Assembly (NCBI GenBank): GCA_905214875.1
Contig: CAJMNR010000022.1
Location: 422-64,421 of the forward strand
Source of the DNA: an uncultured bacterium
GTDB lineage: Bacteria > Bacillota > Clostridia > Lachnospirales > Lachnospiraceae
Length of the DNA: 64,000 nucleotides
Direction: 5' to 3'
Part shown: piece after piece, positions 53,111-62,069 of the stretch
Numbering within the stretch: position 1 is the stretch's first letter
Layout of the letters: every line of letters starts with the position of its first letter
Program-made: the position numbers and the translations under genes
The notes under the pieces: model-generated
Databases searched by the model: none
The model's input: only the letters and a program-made list of their open reading frames with translations
What the model was told of the DNA's origin: nothing

Positions 53111-53147
53111 AAAAACGCCGATACCACGAAGATATCGGCGTTTTTTG
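53111..53147 (-). terminator. Terminator
   Basis: aaaaaacgccgata...tatcggcgtttttt. Confidence 0.85.
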
Positions 53148-53198
53148 CTAAAGTTTGAGAACAATCATTTGTTATTGTACTTATTTATTTGTTCTTGA

Positions 53199-54035
53199 TT
53201 AATCTTCTTTTTTCTTTTTCATAGCTACGAATACAATCACGCCTGCTACTACTACAACAGCTGCTACGATACCTACGATAGCGCCAGTGCTTAAACCACC
53301 GTCATCACTCTTTGAATCTGTAGATGTCTTTGCTGCATCAGTTGCTGCTGCTGTAGTTGATACTGCTGGTGGAAGATTAGGAGTTGCTGTTGGTTCTGGA
53401 GTTGCTGCTGGAGCAAGTGTTACTGGAGTACCCATGCCAGTACCAGCAAGTGTAAATGTTACTTCGATATTTTTAGTAGGAGCAACATCTTCTACATCAA
53501 CAACACCCATTCCTCCTTTTGTTGCACCATAATCATTAGCAAGTTCGATACGGAATGTACCTTTTTCTTCAATATCACCATAGTACATTTTAGTTTCATC
53601 GATCTTTTCAACTTCTTTACCATCTACTTTGATCTTGATGTTACCAACTTTAACAGTAACCTTAGACATATCGTCTAACATTTTAAATGTTTTATCTTTT
53701 CCTTCTCTTGTGTAGTTGTTGCATGGTACTTTAGCATCTTCTAATGCTTTTCCTAATTTTAAGATATCAACACAGAATACACTTGCCTTATCGGCTGCTT
53801 TCTTTGCTTTTGTATTAGAAATATCTACGCTTACTGTGTATGTACCATCACCATTAACTTTACAGTTTCCTTTTTCAGATGATTTTGCATCAAATAACTG
53901 CCAGTTTCCTGCAGCATCGGCATACATTAAGAATGCTGTAAACTCCTGATCTTTTGCTGCAGATGCTCCAAAAGACATAGAACAGATTGCAGTTGCCGCT
54001 ACTAAAGCTGAAGCGATAATTTTTTTAAGTTTCAT
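53199..54035 (-). CDS. Secreted, C-terminally membrane-anchored protein with a putative carbohydrate-binding module
   Basis: Signal peptide, beta-rich domain (GDGTYTVS..VFCVDI..YGDIE..RIEL), Pro/Thr/Ala linker, TM helix and KKK tail. Confidence 0.65.
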   Translation of the reverse strand: MKLKKIIASALVAATAICSMSFGASAAKDQEFTAFLMYADAAGNWQLFDAKSSEKGNCKVNGDGTYTVSVDISNTKAKKAADKASVFCVDILKLGKALEDAKVPCNNYTREGKDKTFKMLDDMSKVTVKVGNIKIKVDGKEVEKIDETKMYYGDIEEKGTFRIELANDYGATKGGMGVVDVEDVAPTKNIEVTFTLAGTGMGTPVTLAPAATPEPTATPNLPPAVSTTAAATDAAKTSTDSKSDDGGLSTGAIVGIVAAVVVVAGVIVFVAMKKKKED

Positions 54036-54398
54036 ATTTCTCTCCTCCAATATAGTTTAATGAATTTACTATTGCTTGAGAATATCTTACTATAACTGGA
54101 AGGAAAAAAACACATTGCTAATTTTACATAAAATACATGGTGTTTTTTACATTTTCTAGATTCAACATTATTTTATTTTGCATATTTCAAAATCAATATT
54201 TTAATTAATACTTATTTTTTAATATTTTGCATGCATTTGAATATTTTTGTTTTTCTCCTGTGCTTAAAAATATGGGTTTTCTTTGATTTTTTTGCTGTTT
54301 TTGTTGCTTCATTTATGACATAATTTTGTTCTGTTAGACATTATTCATCATCTAACATTTGTCCCAACTTAAAAATTTGGTCACAATACTGTATAACC

Positions 54399-54451
54399 AA
54401 AAAAGACGACTTTACAGCATCTTCTTACTAATGCTATAAAGCCATCTTTTT
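54399..54451 (-). terminator. fbp terminator
   Basis: aaaaagacgactttacagcat...atgctataaagccatcttttt. Confidence 0.7.
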
Positions 54452-54455
54452 ATGG

Positions 54456-56360
54456 TTATTTCTTTTTATTATGATTTTGTGGAATGATGCCTTGTTGATA
54501 AGCATCTAATAATTTTTCCAAATGTCCAATCTGTTTTTTAATCTTTCTTCCTGTGTCAGTATCTGCAACCATCACACGTTTTGGTTCCTCTTCGATGAAG
54601 AGAGAATTGGATTTGATATCACTATTTACTTCTAATACCTTTTCCATACTTTCAAACTGTTGATGGGCTTTAATACGCATACCATGGGAATTATAGATTA
54701 ACGTATAGCCTGCAATGCCTGTCTTCTCATGATAATTGCGGCAGAATCCTCCGTCAATGACAAATAAACGTCCATTGGCGCGAACAGGACTCTCCCCTTT
54801 GATTACCTCTACTGGCGTATGACCATTGATAATATGGGCATTTGGATTATATAATCCAAACTCTCGTAAGATCATTCGACAAGTTTCTTCTTTGAGATAA
54901 TGCGTAAAATATGGGTTTCTTGGCTCTTTCCAAGTTTCCTTATCCTCGATCAGCATACTTTCAAATGTCTTTACGATACGGCCGGATAATGGTGAGTTGC
55001 TTCCGCACCATAGATACCACATGAAATCAAGATCTTCTTCTCGTTTTTCGATATAAGCTCGTCTTGCAACCATATCTGCATAATCCATATAATTCTTTCC
55101 ATAGTAAACACGTCCGTCAAAGGAAACTTGACGGAAACTTCCATCTTCATTTAATGGAATGCAGCCATGGAACAATAAGTTCCCGTTGAAACATTTATAC
55201 ATGCTTCCTTCTTCGTATAAGAAGCTGACATGGCGCTGCAAACGTTCCCCTTCTAAAAATGACATTGCAAGTTCTTCTATGATTTCCTGCTCCTCGCTTG
55301 TCAATTCATATGGATTCTCTGGGTTGATGGTTGGAAACTCTCTTTTCTTTAGCTTATATACTTTTCCATCAATTACGATCGTCTTATTATCCCAGTTTAT
55401 CTGTTCAAATAACAGTCGGTCCTTCATCTCATATTCCGGATGACGTTTTACGATCTGGCCTTCTAGTTTTAACATGATGATGGAAATTGCTTCAAATGTT
55501 GCATCCATTGGATCGGCACAATTCGTATACACTCGTTCCGCAAAAATCGTTAATGGTCGTAAGCTAATTCCATACCCTTTTTCTAACACCTCAATGTTCT
55601 TATAGTTAATGGAATTACGTACGACTCTCGCAATGCAGGCAAGGTTACCGGCTGCGGCTCCCATCCAAAGAATGTCATGATTTCCCCATTGAATGTCTAA
55701 ATTTCGTTGTTTCATTAATAAATCAAGGATGGCATCGGCTCTTGACCCTCTATCGAAGATATCTCCAACGATATGAAGGTGATCCACGCTTAGTCGCTTG
55801 ATCAATAAGGCAAGTGCGCAGATAAACGCATCCCCTTGTTTTAATGAAATCAATGTATCGATAATCTTTTTATGGTAAACTACCTGGTTGTTTTCTTCAT
55901 CCTTTTGTGCATGCAGCAATTCATCTAATATATAGCTATATTCTTTTGGCATTGCCTTACGGACTTTTGACCTTGTGTATTTACTAGATAAGAACTTTGC
56001 AAGCTCAATCAAGCAATTCAACGTAAAGCTATACCATTCTTCTGTTGTGCGATGCGCTTCTTTTAAACGCTCAAGTTTCTCTTTTGGATAATAAATAAGC
56101 GTGCATAATTCAGATCTTTCCTCTTTGCTTAGACGCTCACTGAATATGTATTCTACCTTTTCTTTAATTACTCCCGAACAGTTATTTAAAATGTGATAAA
56201 ACGCTTCATATTCACCGTGTAAATCACTCAAGAAATGTTCTGTTCCTTTCGGAAGATTCAATATTGCTTGTAGGTTAATAATCTCTGTACATACGTCCTG
56301 TACGGTAGAATACGTACCAGCCAATAACTCAAGATACTCCTTTTGTGTTACTTGTTCCAT
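54456..56360 (-). CDS. fbp: Fructose-1,6-bisphosphatase class III
   Basis: NLPKGTEHFLSDLHGE, GDIFDRG, WGNHD, NGHTP, IDGGF. Confidence 0.95.
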   Translation of the reverse strand: MEQVTQKEYLELLAGTYSTVQDVCTEIINLQAILNLPKGTEHFLSDLHGEYEAFYHILNNCSGVIKEKVEYIFSERLSKEERSELCTLIYYPKEKLERLKEAHRTTEEWYSFTLNCLIELAKFLSSKYTRSKVRKAMPKEYSYILDELLHAQKDEENNQVVYHKKIIDTLISLKQGDAFICALALLIKRLSVDHLHIVGDIFDRGSRADAILDLLMKQRNLDIQWGNHDILWMGAAAGNLACIARVVRNSINYKNIEVLEKGYGISLRPLTIFAERVYTNCADPMDATFEAISIIMLKLEGQIVKRHPEYEMKDRLLFEQINWDNKTIVIDGKVYKLKKREFPTINPENPYELTSEEQEIIEELAMSFLEGERLQRHVSFLYEEGSMYKCFNGNLLFHGCIPLNEDGSFRQVSFDGRVYYGKNYMDYADMVARRAYIEKREEDLDFMWYLWCGSNSPLSGRIVKTFESMLIEDKETWKEPRNPYFTHYLKEETCRMILREFGLYNPNAHIINGHTPVEVIKGESPVRANGRLFVIDGGFCRNYHEKTGIAGYTLIYNSHGMRIKAHQQFESMEKVLEVNSDIKSNSLFIEEEPKRVMVADTDTGRKIKKQIGHLEKLLDAYQQGIIPQNHNKKK

Positions 56361-56497
56361 TATAAAAATTCCACTCCTGCGATTTGTACATACCTTTTGG
56401 GTCTGTATATTTCCAATATGTTGGCATTTTCATTATAGCATTATGTGGCTTCGTATTCTACAGAGATTAAAATGTGTCTTCAAATAAATACAATCAA

Positions 56498-57739
56498 TTA
56501 GTATCTATAATCATAAATTCTTGTTGATTTCTTTTCACTTCTTGGAAGGTCACCAATTTCAACAGCCTTAGGAATAATCGTTACACCGATTCTTGCCTTA
56601 AATAACTCCGTTACTGTCTTTTCTAGATACTTCTTCACGTTTGGTTGGTTGGCTTCTTCTGTCTCAAAGAATACCGTAATTTGATCCCTGCCATTTAAGT
56701 GATCGATGAATACTTGATATTCACTGGATACGCCTTCCACTTCTTTTAACAAGTCGTCAATCTGGCCTGGGAAGATATTCACGCCTTTGACTTTAACCAT
56801 ATCATCCGTACGACCAAGGATGACATCGATTCTAGGATATTCTCTGCCACATGGACATTTTCCAGGAACGATTCTTGTCAAATCATGAGTACGATAACGA
56901 ATCAGTGGAGCGCCTTCCTTTTTAAGCGTCGTAATGACTAATTCACCAAGTTCGCCATCAGGAAGATTCTTTCCTGTCTTAGGGTCAATGATTTCAAAAT
57001 ACAGATAATCATCAAAATAATGCATTCCCGTATTGTGTTCACAGTTGATTGCAATACCTGGGCCATATACTTCGGTAAGACCATAAATATCATAAAGTTC
57101 CACACCTAATTCTTTGGCGATTCTTGAGCGCATTTTCTCGCCCCAACGTTCGGAACCGATGATTGCTTTTTTCAAGTGAATTTTATCGCTACATTTTCTT
57201 TTTTCGATTTCTTCTGCTAATAATAGCGCATAGGAAGAAGTCGCGCATACTACGGTAGACTTCATGTCTTCCATAAATTTAATCTGTTTCTCTGTATTTC
57301 CTGGTCCCATTGGAATTGTCATGGCACCAAACTTTTCAGCACCTAACTGAAAGCCGATTCCTGCTGTCCATAATCCATATCCAGGAGTAATCTGAATACG
57401 GTCTTTTTTCGTTAATCCAGCAATTTCATAGCATCTTGCAAATAAAGTTGCCCAGTCGTCAACATCCTTCTTTGTGTAAGGGATGATAACTGGAGTACCT
57501 GTCGTACCTGAAGAAGAATGGATACGGACGATTTCCTCTTCTGGCACTGCTGCAAGTCCTAGTGGATAAGCATCTCTTAAATTATCCTTTTCGGAAAAAG
57601 GAAGTTTCTCAAAGTCCTCTTGTGTCTTAATACTGTCAATATCGATTCCTTCTAGCTTTTTCGCATAAAATCCATCTGCATTCATAACTCTTCTTAACTG
57701 GACTTTGATCTGTTCTAACGTATCATTACTCATTCTCAT
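56498..57739 (-). CDS. Phenylacetate/aryl-acetate-CoA ligase family protein
   Basis: HSSSGTTG, YGLTE, RYRTHD, GRTDDM. Confidence 0.9.
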   Translation of the reverse strand: MRMSNDTLEQIKVQLRRVMNADGFYAKKLEGIDIDSIKTQEDFEKLPFSEKDNLRDAYPLGLAAVPEEEIVRIHSSSGTTGTPVIIPYTKKDVDDWATLFARCYEIAGLTKKDRIQITPGYGLWTAGIGFQLGAEKFGAMTIPMGPGNTEKQIKFMEDMKSTVVCATSSYALLLAEEIEKRKCSDKIHLKKAIIGSERWGEKMRSRIAKELGVELYDIYGLTEVYGPGIAINCEHNTGMHYFDDYLYFEIIDPKTGKNLPDGELGELVITTLKKEGAPLIRYRTHDLTRIVPGKCPCGREYPRIDVILGRTDDMVKVKGVNIFPGQIDDLLKEVEGVSSEYQVFIDHLNGRDQITVFFETEEANQPNVKKYLEKTVTELFKARIGVTIIPKAVEIGDLPRSEKKSTRIYDYRY

Positions 57740-58314
57740 AATGCTTCTCCTCCTATTCTTAACGCTACCTTATTCATCTCTAAAAATGCCGGTTTTACCT
57801 TTTGTGCAAGGATTTTTTCTACATCCTCGGTTGTCAGGTTAATTACTTTGCTTTTGGCTACTGCTCCCACCAAGGCCACATTTAATGGCTTGATTGAGCC
57901 GCATTCTTTCATGATTTGATTCGTATCTATTACATAACATCTGTTTACCTTCCTTTTAAGGTAGGAAAGCATCTCTTCTCCTTCATAAGCGGTATCGCTT
58001 AAGGATACTGTAATTGGTTTGATTGCATGGTCTGCGGTTACCAATACGCCGTCTTGTTTCAAATAAGGAAGGCATCTGACTGCTTCGCTAGGTTCAAATG
58101 CGATTAAAACGTCAGCTGTCCCAAGTGGTACAAGGGAAGTCTCTGCATCTTTTCCAATCCTTACGTGGCTTACTACGCTGCCACCACGCTGTGCCATACC
58201 GATTGTCTCAGCGGTCTGGACAAATTCTCCTTTCTCCATGGCTGCTGCCGCTATGATTCTTGAAGCAAGAACAGTTCCTTGCCCACCAACTCCGCATAAA
58301 ATAACATTTGTCAT
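57736..58314 (-). CDS. iorB: Indolepyruvate:ferredoxin oxidoreductase beta subunit
   Basis: GVGGQG, GMAQRGGSVVSHVRIG. Confidence 0.92.
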   Translation of the reverse strand: MTNVILCGVGGQGTVLASRIIAAAAMEKGEFVQTAETIGMAQRGGSVVSHVRIGKDAETSLVPLGTADVLIAFEPSEAVRCLPYLKQDGVLVTADHAIKPITVSLSDTAYEGEEMLSYLKRKVNRCYVIDTNQIMKECGSIKPLNVALVGAVAKSKVINLTTEDVEKILAQKVKPAFLEMNKVALRIGGEAL

Positions 58315-58315
58315 C

Positions 58316-60106
58316 TTATTTCGCCTCCTTACTTAATGCGCCAAATGGACACACCTGAGTACATAGACCGCATCCTGTACATAAGCTTGCATCCACATCG
58401 ATTTTTCCATCCTTCATAGATAAGGCAGGACAACCTAGCTCACGGATACACTTTTTACATCCGGTACATGTGTCATGATTTACTGTAATCTTCTCTTTTT
58501 TCTTCGTCACTGCGATACATGGGGATTTGAAAATAACAACTCGAACGCCTGTAAGGGCTGCTGCTTCTTTTACTGTCTCCACTGCTTGTTTTAAATCTAA
58601 TGGATTTACTTCTTTTACGAAAGACACACCGATTGCTTCGACAATCTTCTTAATGCTGACTACTGGTGAGATGTCTCCCATCACGGTTTTTCCCATACCT
58701 GGGTGTGGCTGGTGTCCTGTCATTGCCGTTGTGGAGTTATCAAGGATAATTACGACTTCATCTGTCATGTTATACACAGCATTTACAATTCCCGTCATTC
58801 CAGACGCAAAGAATGTAGAATCGCCGATAAATGCGAAATTAGTCGTTCCATTTTGTGCTCGTTCAATTCCTTGTGCTACTGTAATTCCAGCGCCCATGCA
58901 AAGACAAGTATCTACCATATCAAGGGGTGCTGCATTTCCTAATGTATAGCAGCCGATATCTCCACAGAATACGGCTTCTTTTCCTTTCATCGCTTGCTTT
59001 ACTGCATAGAAGGAAGCTCTATGTGGACATCCTGCACATAAGACAGGTGGACGCATTGGAAGGGCTGGACGACTCTCATCCTCTACTAACTTGATTGTAT
59101 AATCTTTTCCAAACAAATCACTAATGCATTGTGCTGCAATTAAGGTAGATAGTTCGCCTGCATTTGGTACTTTCCCATTGCGTTTTCCTATGATTTCGAC
59201 TTGAATGTTATGTTTTCCGCATATATAAATCAATGCGTCTTCAATTACTGGATCAAGTTCTTCAAATACTAATACTTTCTCTAGTCCTTCTAAGAAGCTA
59301 AGCGCCAGCTCTTCTGGAAATGGAAATGGCGTTGCTACTTTGAATAGCTTATAGGTTTCGTTTGTTTTATTCAGTTGTTCTTTTATGTATGTATAAGATA
59401 CGCCGCCGCAGGCAATTCCGATTTTGCCGCTTCCTGTCACTTCGTTATAGGAAAGGCTTGAAAATTCCTTGCTTAAGACAGATTCTCTTGCTTCTAATTT
59501 GATTTTATTTTGATAGCTTAATCGTGGGAAGATGACCCATTTCTTATCTTTTATAAAGCCTTCTGGTTTTGTTAAGGCTGGCAGTTCTCCTACTTCGATG
59601 GAGGCACATGCGTGAGAGACTCTTGTTGTGGAGCGGAAAATCACAGGAGTATGATACTTCTCAGAATATTCAAATGCCGTCTGAATCATTTCAAATGCTT
59701 CCACTGCGTTAACAGGATCAAATACTGGAATCTTTGCATATTTTGCAAAATGTCTCGTGTCTTGTTCTGTTTGTGAGGAGATTGGACCTGGATCGTCACA
59801 AACCAAGATTACCATTCCGCCTTTTACTCCGATATAATTGACACACATCAATGGGTCGGAAGCCACATTCAATCCTACTTGTTTCATCGTCACCATAGTT
59901 CGTGCTCCTGAATAAGCTGCTCCTGCACTTACTTCCAATGCCGCTTTTTCATTGACGGACCATTCTACATAAATATTTCCTGGATTTCGTTTTGCTACTG
60001 TTTCTAATACTTCTGTGGATGGAGTTCCCGGATAACCGGATACGACTTGAACTCCTGCTTTCATTGCGCCTAAAGCGATGGCTTCGTTGCCCATAAGTAA
60101 TTCCAT
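58316..60106 (-). CDS. iorA: Indolepyruvate:ferredoxin oxidoreductase alpha subunit
   Basis: GNEAIA, GYPGTPSTE, LCAGCPHR, GDSTF TPP motif, C-terminal 2x[4Fe-4S] motifs. Confidence 0.95.
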   Translation of the reverse strand: MELLMGNEAIALGAMKAGVQVVSGYPGTPSTEVLETVAKRNPGNIYVEWSVNEKAALEVSAGAAYSGARTMVTMKQVGLNVASDPLMCVNYIGVKGGMVILVCDDPGPISSQTEQDTRHFAKYAKIPVFDPVNAVEAFEMIQTAFEYSEKYHTPVIFRSTTRVSHACASIEVGELPALTKPEGFIKDKKWVIFPRLSYQNKIKLEARESVLSKEFSSLSYNEVTGSGKIGIACGGVSYTYIKEQLNKTNETYKLFKVATPFPFPEELALSFLEGLEKVLVFEELDPVIEDALIYICGKHNIQVEIIGKRNGKVPNAGELSTLIAAQCISDLFGKDYTIKLVEDESRPALPMRPPVLCAGCPHRASFYAVKQAMKGKEAVFCGDIGCYTLGNAAPLDMVDTCLCMGAGITVAQGIERAQNGTTNFAFIGDSTFFASGMTGIVNAVYNMTDEVVIILDNSTTAMTGHQPHPGMGKTVMGDISPVVSIKKIVEAIGVSFVKEVNPLDLKQAVETVKEAAALTGVRVVIFKSPCIAVTKKKEKITVNHDTCTGCKKCIRELGCPALSMKDGKIDVDASLCTGCGLCTQVCPFGALSKEAK

Positions 60107-60146
60107 TGTTCGTCTTCCTTTCTTTTATGTCATTGCATTTACATAC

Positions 60147-60416
60147 AAAAAAAGCCCCCGTCCTACTGTTATATAGGACAGAAGCTTGTTATTCTGCGGT
60201 GCCACCTAAATTCATCGATTTTAATTTTCTCGATGCTCTTATTTATGTACTATCATACATAGATCGCTGTAACGTGCGATTAACGTTTCCCCTACTTCTT
60301 ATATAAGTTTCAGTTCACCCTCGCAAGCCCATTCACCAAATCTTACATCACTGCAATCTCACCACCTGCAGTTCTCTTTGCATGTTGCAATATGGCTACT
60401 CTTCTTGTTCCACGGT
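60147..60416 (-). promoter_or_regulatory. T-box riboswitch, Trp (UGG) specifier
   Basis: T-box AATTTAGGTGGCACCGC, AG/GNUG boxes (AGAGAA..GGTGAGA), specifier GAA-TGG at 60334-60329, terminator plus U-tract. Confidence 0.9.
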
Positions 60417-60430
60417 TTTTCTTTATTGGT

Positions 60431-60459
60431 AGTATATACCAATATGATTTTTATGTCAA
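60431..60459 (-). promoter_or_regulatory. Sigma-A promoter of the T-box/ior operon
   Basis: TTGACA-17 bp-TATACT. Confidence 0.85.
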
Positions 60460-60537
60460 GTATTGAAAAATAATGTCAATACTCTATGTTGCCTTCTATT
60501 AAGGTATATGTACAATTAAATGAATTATGTATGTCCT

Positions 60538-60867
60538 CTAAAACTTTCTTAGCAAGTCGGTTACTATCTGCATCCCGTTTTCCTCAAGTTCAAATCCTGT
60601 CTTTACCATGATGCTATTTGGGAATTTGGAACCGATGACTGATACCCAGGTCTTGTTATCATCACCAGCTATTGTTACTGTGACTGTGGTTTTGTTGGAA
60701 CGGTGTAACTTTTGCTCAAATATTAGTACTGCGACTTGCATCTGCTTTGCCGTATAAGAACTTTCTTCATGCAACTGCATCAAATGCCTTGAATTAGTCA
60801 GCTGTTCTTTCAGTTGGTCGTATACTTCTTTAAAGGAAACGGATAGTTCTCTTTCATATACTGCCAT
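60538..60867 (-). CDS. Hypothetical protein (DUF6054-like)
   Basis: GAGGAGAGG RBS before MAVYERE; family call from recall only. Confidence 0.6.
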   Translation of the reverse strand: MAVYERELSVSFKEVYDQLKEQLTNSRHLMQLHEESSYTAKQMQVAVLIFEQKLHRSNKTTVTVTIAGDDNKTWVSVIGSKFPNSIMVKTGFELEENGMQIVTDLLRKF

Positions 60868-60958
60868 AATCACCTCTCCTCTCTGCCGTAACAAATGTAT
60901 TATATTGGTTTTTCCTATTATAGCACACAAGAAAGGCGATGGGCAGTATTTATTTGTT

Positions 60959-61246
60959 TCAAAAACTCTTGTTAGATATTTTTTTGACTTTTGCTACGAT
61001 CCGCATAACGGCCAAGGCAGCTAAGCCACATACTATGATTAGGATTCCAAGCATTGCGTCATCCAAAGACATATCTAAGAATGGCTCTCCTTCTTTGGTC
61101 CGATAGAATCCATCTACAAGCCACATAATTGCTGCGCCCCAATACATAAACGCCAAGCGACCTAACATCAATTCTTCCTCTGTATACTTGAGACGCCAAA
61201 GGGCAGTTGTAACAACTGCTGCCATCGCTGTAATTAACATGCACAT
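60959..61246 (-). CDS. Small membrane protein
   Basis: Three TM segments, MYWGAAIMWLVD; coupled to the upstream gene. Confidence 0.7.
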   Translation of the reverse strand: MCMLITAMAAVVTTALWRLKYTEEELMLGRLAFMYWGAAIMWLVDGFYRTKEGEPFLDMSLDDAMLGILIIVCGLAALAVMRIVAKVKKISNKSF

Positions 61247-61247
61247 A

Positions 61248-61643
61248 TTACTTTACCCTTGCCTCTCTGATTGTTTTGTGTTTTTCTTTATAATTAGATA
61301 TAGCAACCATACCGCCCCAAACTGCAGTAATTACTACTGCCATGGAAACTCCAACCGTTGCAACTTCTTGTAACATCGGCAATATGTCCGCTGAATCTTT
61401 AAATGCTGTTAAAAATGGTGGATATGGTACTACTTCTCCATGCCAAATATGTTCGATAGCAAGTAAGTAGCTGCCTCCCCATAAAAGATTCGATAGCCAT
61501 CCAAGCTTACGGCTAAAGGTGACTGGTTGTGCTTTATATGCTTCCCCCATTCCGTTTTCCTGTAACGCTTCTTTTTTCTTTACCCTTCTTTTTACCACGC
61601 TGACTACAACTGCTTCAGTCATTGGTGCAACGAAACATGCCAT
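61248..61643 (-). CDS. Membrane protein, unknown function
   Basis: GGGAGG RBS before MACFVAP; LLAIEHIWHGEV motif. Confidence 0.7.
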   Translation of the reverse strand: MACFVAPMTEAVVVSVVKRRVKKKEALQENGMGEAYKAQPVTFSRKLGWLSNLLWGGSYLLAIEHIWHGEVVPYPPFLTAFKDSADILPMLQEVATVGVSMAVVITAVWGGMVAISNYKEKHKTIREARVK

Positions 61644-61723
61644 AACTTTTTCCTCCCGTTTCTTTCCTATGAAATCAATATGTATTTTCTCTAAATATAC
61701 CATGAAATACCATTATTATCAAT

Positions 61724-61789
61724 TTAGATTGCTTCTTTGTTCAAAAAATCTATAATTTTCTGTTCTTCTTCCTTTTTTAACAAATTCAT
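61724..61789 (-). other. 21-aa ORF MNLLKKEEEQKIIDFLNKEAI, possible gene remnant
   Basis: GAGGAGG RBS 7 nt upstream of ATG; too short for the ORF track. Confidence 0.35.
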
Positions 61790-61841
61790 ATTGCATCCTC
61801 CTCTTTGATTTTTGCACTACTGATTAAAACTCCAAGACTTG

Positions 61842-61994
61842 CTACTTACAAGCCTTGGAGTACATCTCTTGATCCATCCTAAGTTTTCTAATGTGTTCTT
61901 TTACTTTTTCGGCATTTCCATAAGGGTCTTTTCCTTCAAAGTCCATATTATATCTTCCTTTATGGATATTGTTCTTTATTACATTCTGTTCCAT
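61842..61994 (-). CDS. 50-aa small protein (MEQNVIKNN...YSKACK)
   Basis: GGAGG RBS; open frame; hairpin ctccaag...cttggag at its 3' end. Confidence 0.55.
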   Translation of the reverse strand: MEQNVIKNNIHKGRYNMDFEGKDPYGNAEKVKEHIRKLRMDQEMYSKACK

Positions 61995-62069
61995 CTTTCT
62001 GCCTCCATGTATGTCATTTTCCTAGATACCTCTAATTATACCACCATTATGGACAAATGGTAGTGGAAT

